A stretch of 64,000 bases of DNA from an uncultured Bacteroidota bacterium. Its GTDB lineage: Bacteria; Bacteroidota; Bacteroidia; Bacteroidales; B18-G4. Where the stretch lies: the NCBI GenBank assembly GCA_963793485.1, contig CAWCAB010000001.1:270534-334533 (forward strand), read 5' to 3'. A program made the translations under genes and the position numbers. Positions 63,030-64,000 of the stretch are shown piece by piece; within the stretch, counting starts at the first letter, position 1; every line of letters starts with the position of its first letter. The notes under the pieces were generated by a model. The model did not search any database and had not been told where the DNA came from. It was given only the letters and a program-made list of their open reading frames with translations.

Positions 63030-63545
63030 ATGGAAGAGAGGCAGAATATAAATAAGGGCGAAAGCAATAAAGTTTCCAGAAGAAGCTTTATCAAGGCCTT
63101 ATGGATAGCCTTGATATCCATATCAATGCTCGAAATTGCAGGTGCAACCATAGCTTTCCTGACCTCCGGGGGGAGAAAAGCATCGACCTATAAAAAACAA
63201 GATCTTAAAGTATTAGGGAAGCTTGAAGATATACAAAATGGATCCGTTACCGCTTTCAGGAGCGACAAGCTTTACCTTGTCAGGATGAATGATGGCGGAT
63301 TGCTGGCCCTTTCTCTGCAATGTACACACCTTGGCTGTGCAATCACATGGAACAAAGACAGTGGCCTGTTTGATTGTCCATGCCATGCATCCTCTTTCAA
63401 CAGGGGAGGAGATGTGGTTAGCCCGCCGGCACCCAGGGCTCTGGATATTTATTCATTGAGCATAGAAGGAGGACAGATCAAAGCTGACCTGAGTAAAACC
63501 ATCAAAAGGAATTCATACAGTAAGTCGCAATTGACATACGCATGA
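63030..63545 (+). CDS. Rieske [2Fe-2S] protein with Tat signal
   Basis: 171 aa. Twin-arginine SRRSFIK. Cluster boxes CTHLGC and CPCHAS. Confidence 0.9.
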   Translation: MEERQNINKGESNKVSRRSFIKALWIALISISMLEIAGATIAFLTSGGRKASTYKKQDLKVLGKLEDIQNGSVTAFRSDKLYLVRMNDGGLLALSLQCTHLGCAITWNKDSGLFDCPCHASSFNRGGDVVSPPAPRALDIYSLSIEGGQIKADLSKTIKRNSYSKSQLTYA

Positions 63546-64000
63546 CAGACAGATCAAATACAGATATGAGTAATGGCTGGAACAAGCTGGCACTGGCATC
63601 AGCGGTGCTGATCGTATTTGCTTTTCCACTCTATCTGTTGATGTACCACCTTCCGTCTATGCAGGAACCGGATAACATGTATGGGCAACCTACCTTCACC
63701 GGCGGTGAATCATGCATTGAATGTCACCAGAAAGAATTCGACCTGTGGAAAGGCTCCGACCATGATCTGGCCATGGCTCATGCTACGGATGAGAATGTGC
63801 TGGGTGATTTCAACAACTCCACCTTTGAATTTGATGGTGAAACACATCGTTTCTATAAAAAAGATGAACGATTTTTTGTGTGGACCTCGGGACCGGATGG
63901 AGAAATGGGTGAGTTTGAGATCGCATACACCTTTGGATACCGCCCCTTGCAACAATATCTGGTCCCTTTTGAAGGAGGCCGATTGCAATGCCTTCCCATC
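63542..64000 (+). CDS. c-type (multihaem, cytochrome c554-family-like) cytochrome, N-terminal part; runs off the right edge
   Basis: Not in the ORF track (open-ended). The ATG at 63542 overlaps the Rieske stop (ATGA). MTDRSNTDMSNGWNKLALASAVLIVFAF...GGESCIECHQKEFDLWKGSDHDLAM... contains a TM anchor and a CxxCH haem motif. Confidence 0.75.
   Translation, partial: MTDRSNTDMSNGWNKLALASAVLIVFAFPLYLLMYHLPSMQEPDNMYGQPTFTGGESCIECHQKEFDLWKGSDHDLAMAHATDENVLGDFNNSTFEFDGETHRFYKKDERFFVWTSGPDGEMGEFEIAYTFGYRPLQQYLVPFEGGRLQCLPI

Overview
This 64-kb window looks like chromosomal DNA from a Bacteroidota-type anaerobe. Supporting signs are the many T9SS C-terminal sorting domains, three FISUMP paralogs, SpII lipoproteins with acidic residues after the lipid Cys, and TTG/TAnnTTT(G/A)-like promoters.

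Gene content, left to right:
- 1-7.2 kb: a glycan locus with a partial sulfotransferase, a Wzm/Wzt-type ABC exporter, a TMTC-like GT-C/TPR protein, a GT2, a DUF2304 protein and two GT4s.
- 7.5-17.8 kb: secreted proteins, lipoproteins and T9SS cargo proteins.
- 18.2-19.2 kb: tRNA-Ser(GCU) and tRNA-Pro(UGG), with a rearranged repeat islet beside tRNA-Pro.
- 19.8 kb: a degenerate, orphan transketolase N-subunit gene.
- 20.7-29.9 kb: a minus-strand run of secreted/T9SS cargo genes.
- 31.8-35.8 kb: an FAD oxidoreductase followed by three frameshifted genes (KAS III-like, nhaA, purF-like).
- 36.1 kb: a secreted ankyrin-MBL fusion.
- 38.3-45.2 kb: DUF4476, FISUMP, a symporter and outer-membrane protein genes.
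- 45.3-57.3 kb: a complete trimeric [FeFe]-hydrogenase locus (hydCBA plus hydGEF) that encloses a hydrogenase-like sensor kinase and several receiver or kinase proteins with no output domain.
- 57.7-59.7 kb: a LuxR-type two-component pair.
- 61.7-64.0 kb: a cytochrome b / Rieske / multihaem cytochrome c cluster.

Features that ordinary annotation does not explain:
1. Phase-locked heptanucleotide arrays whose sequence drifts along the array. They fill most intergenic spacers, often exactly from stop codon to stop codon, and sometimes supply the last codons of genes.
2. A conserved promoter/leader cassette of about 100 nt, present in six copies ahead of secreted/T9SS cargo genes. Together with the conserved CTD-coding 3' end and a heptamer array it forms a repeated junction module. 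One copy retains only a 27-codon CTD relic.
3. A 623-bp islet bounded by a 14-bp direct repeat of the tRNA-Pro 3' end and filled with 4.6 tandem copies of a ~110-nt unit. Dispersed copies of that unit occur elsewhere in the window.
4. A candidate H2-sensing phosphorelay in the hydrogenase locus with no DNA-binding output domain.

No CRISPR array, transposase, integrase or rRNA gene was seen. All calls come from reading the sequence and the ORF track by eye. No database search was run.
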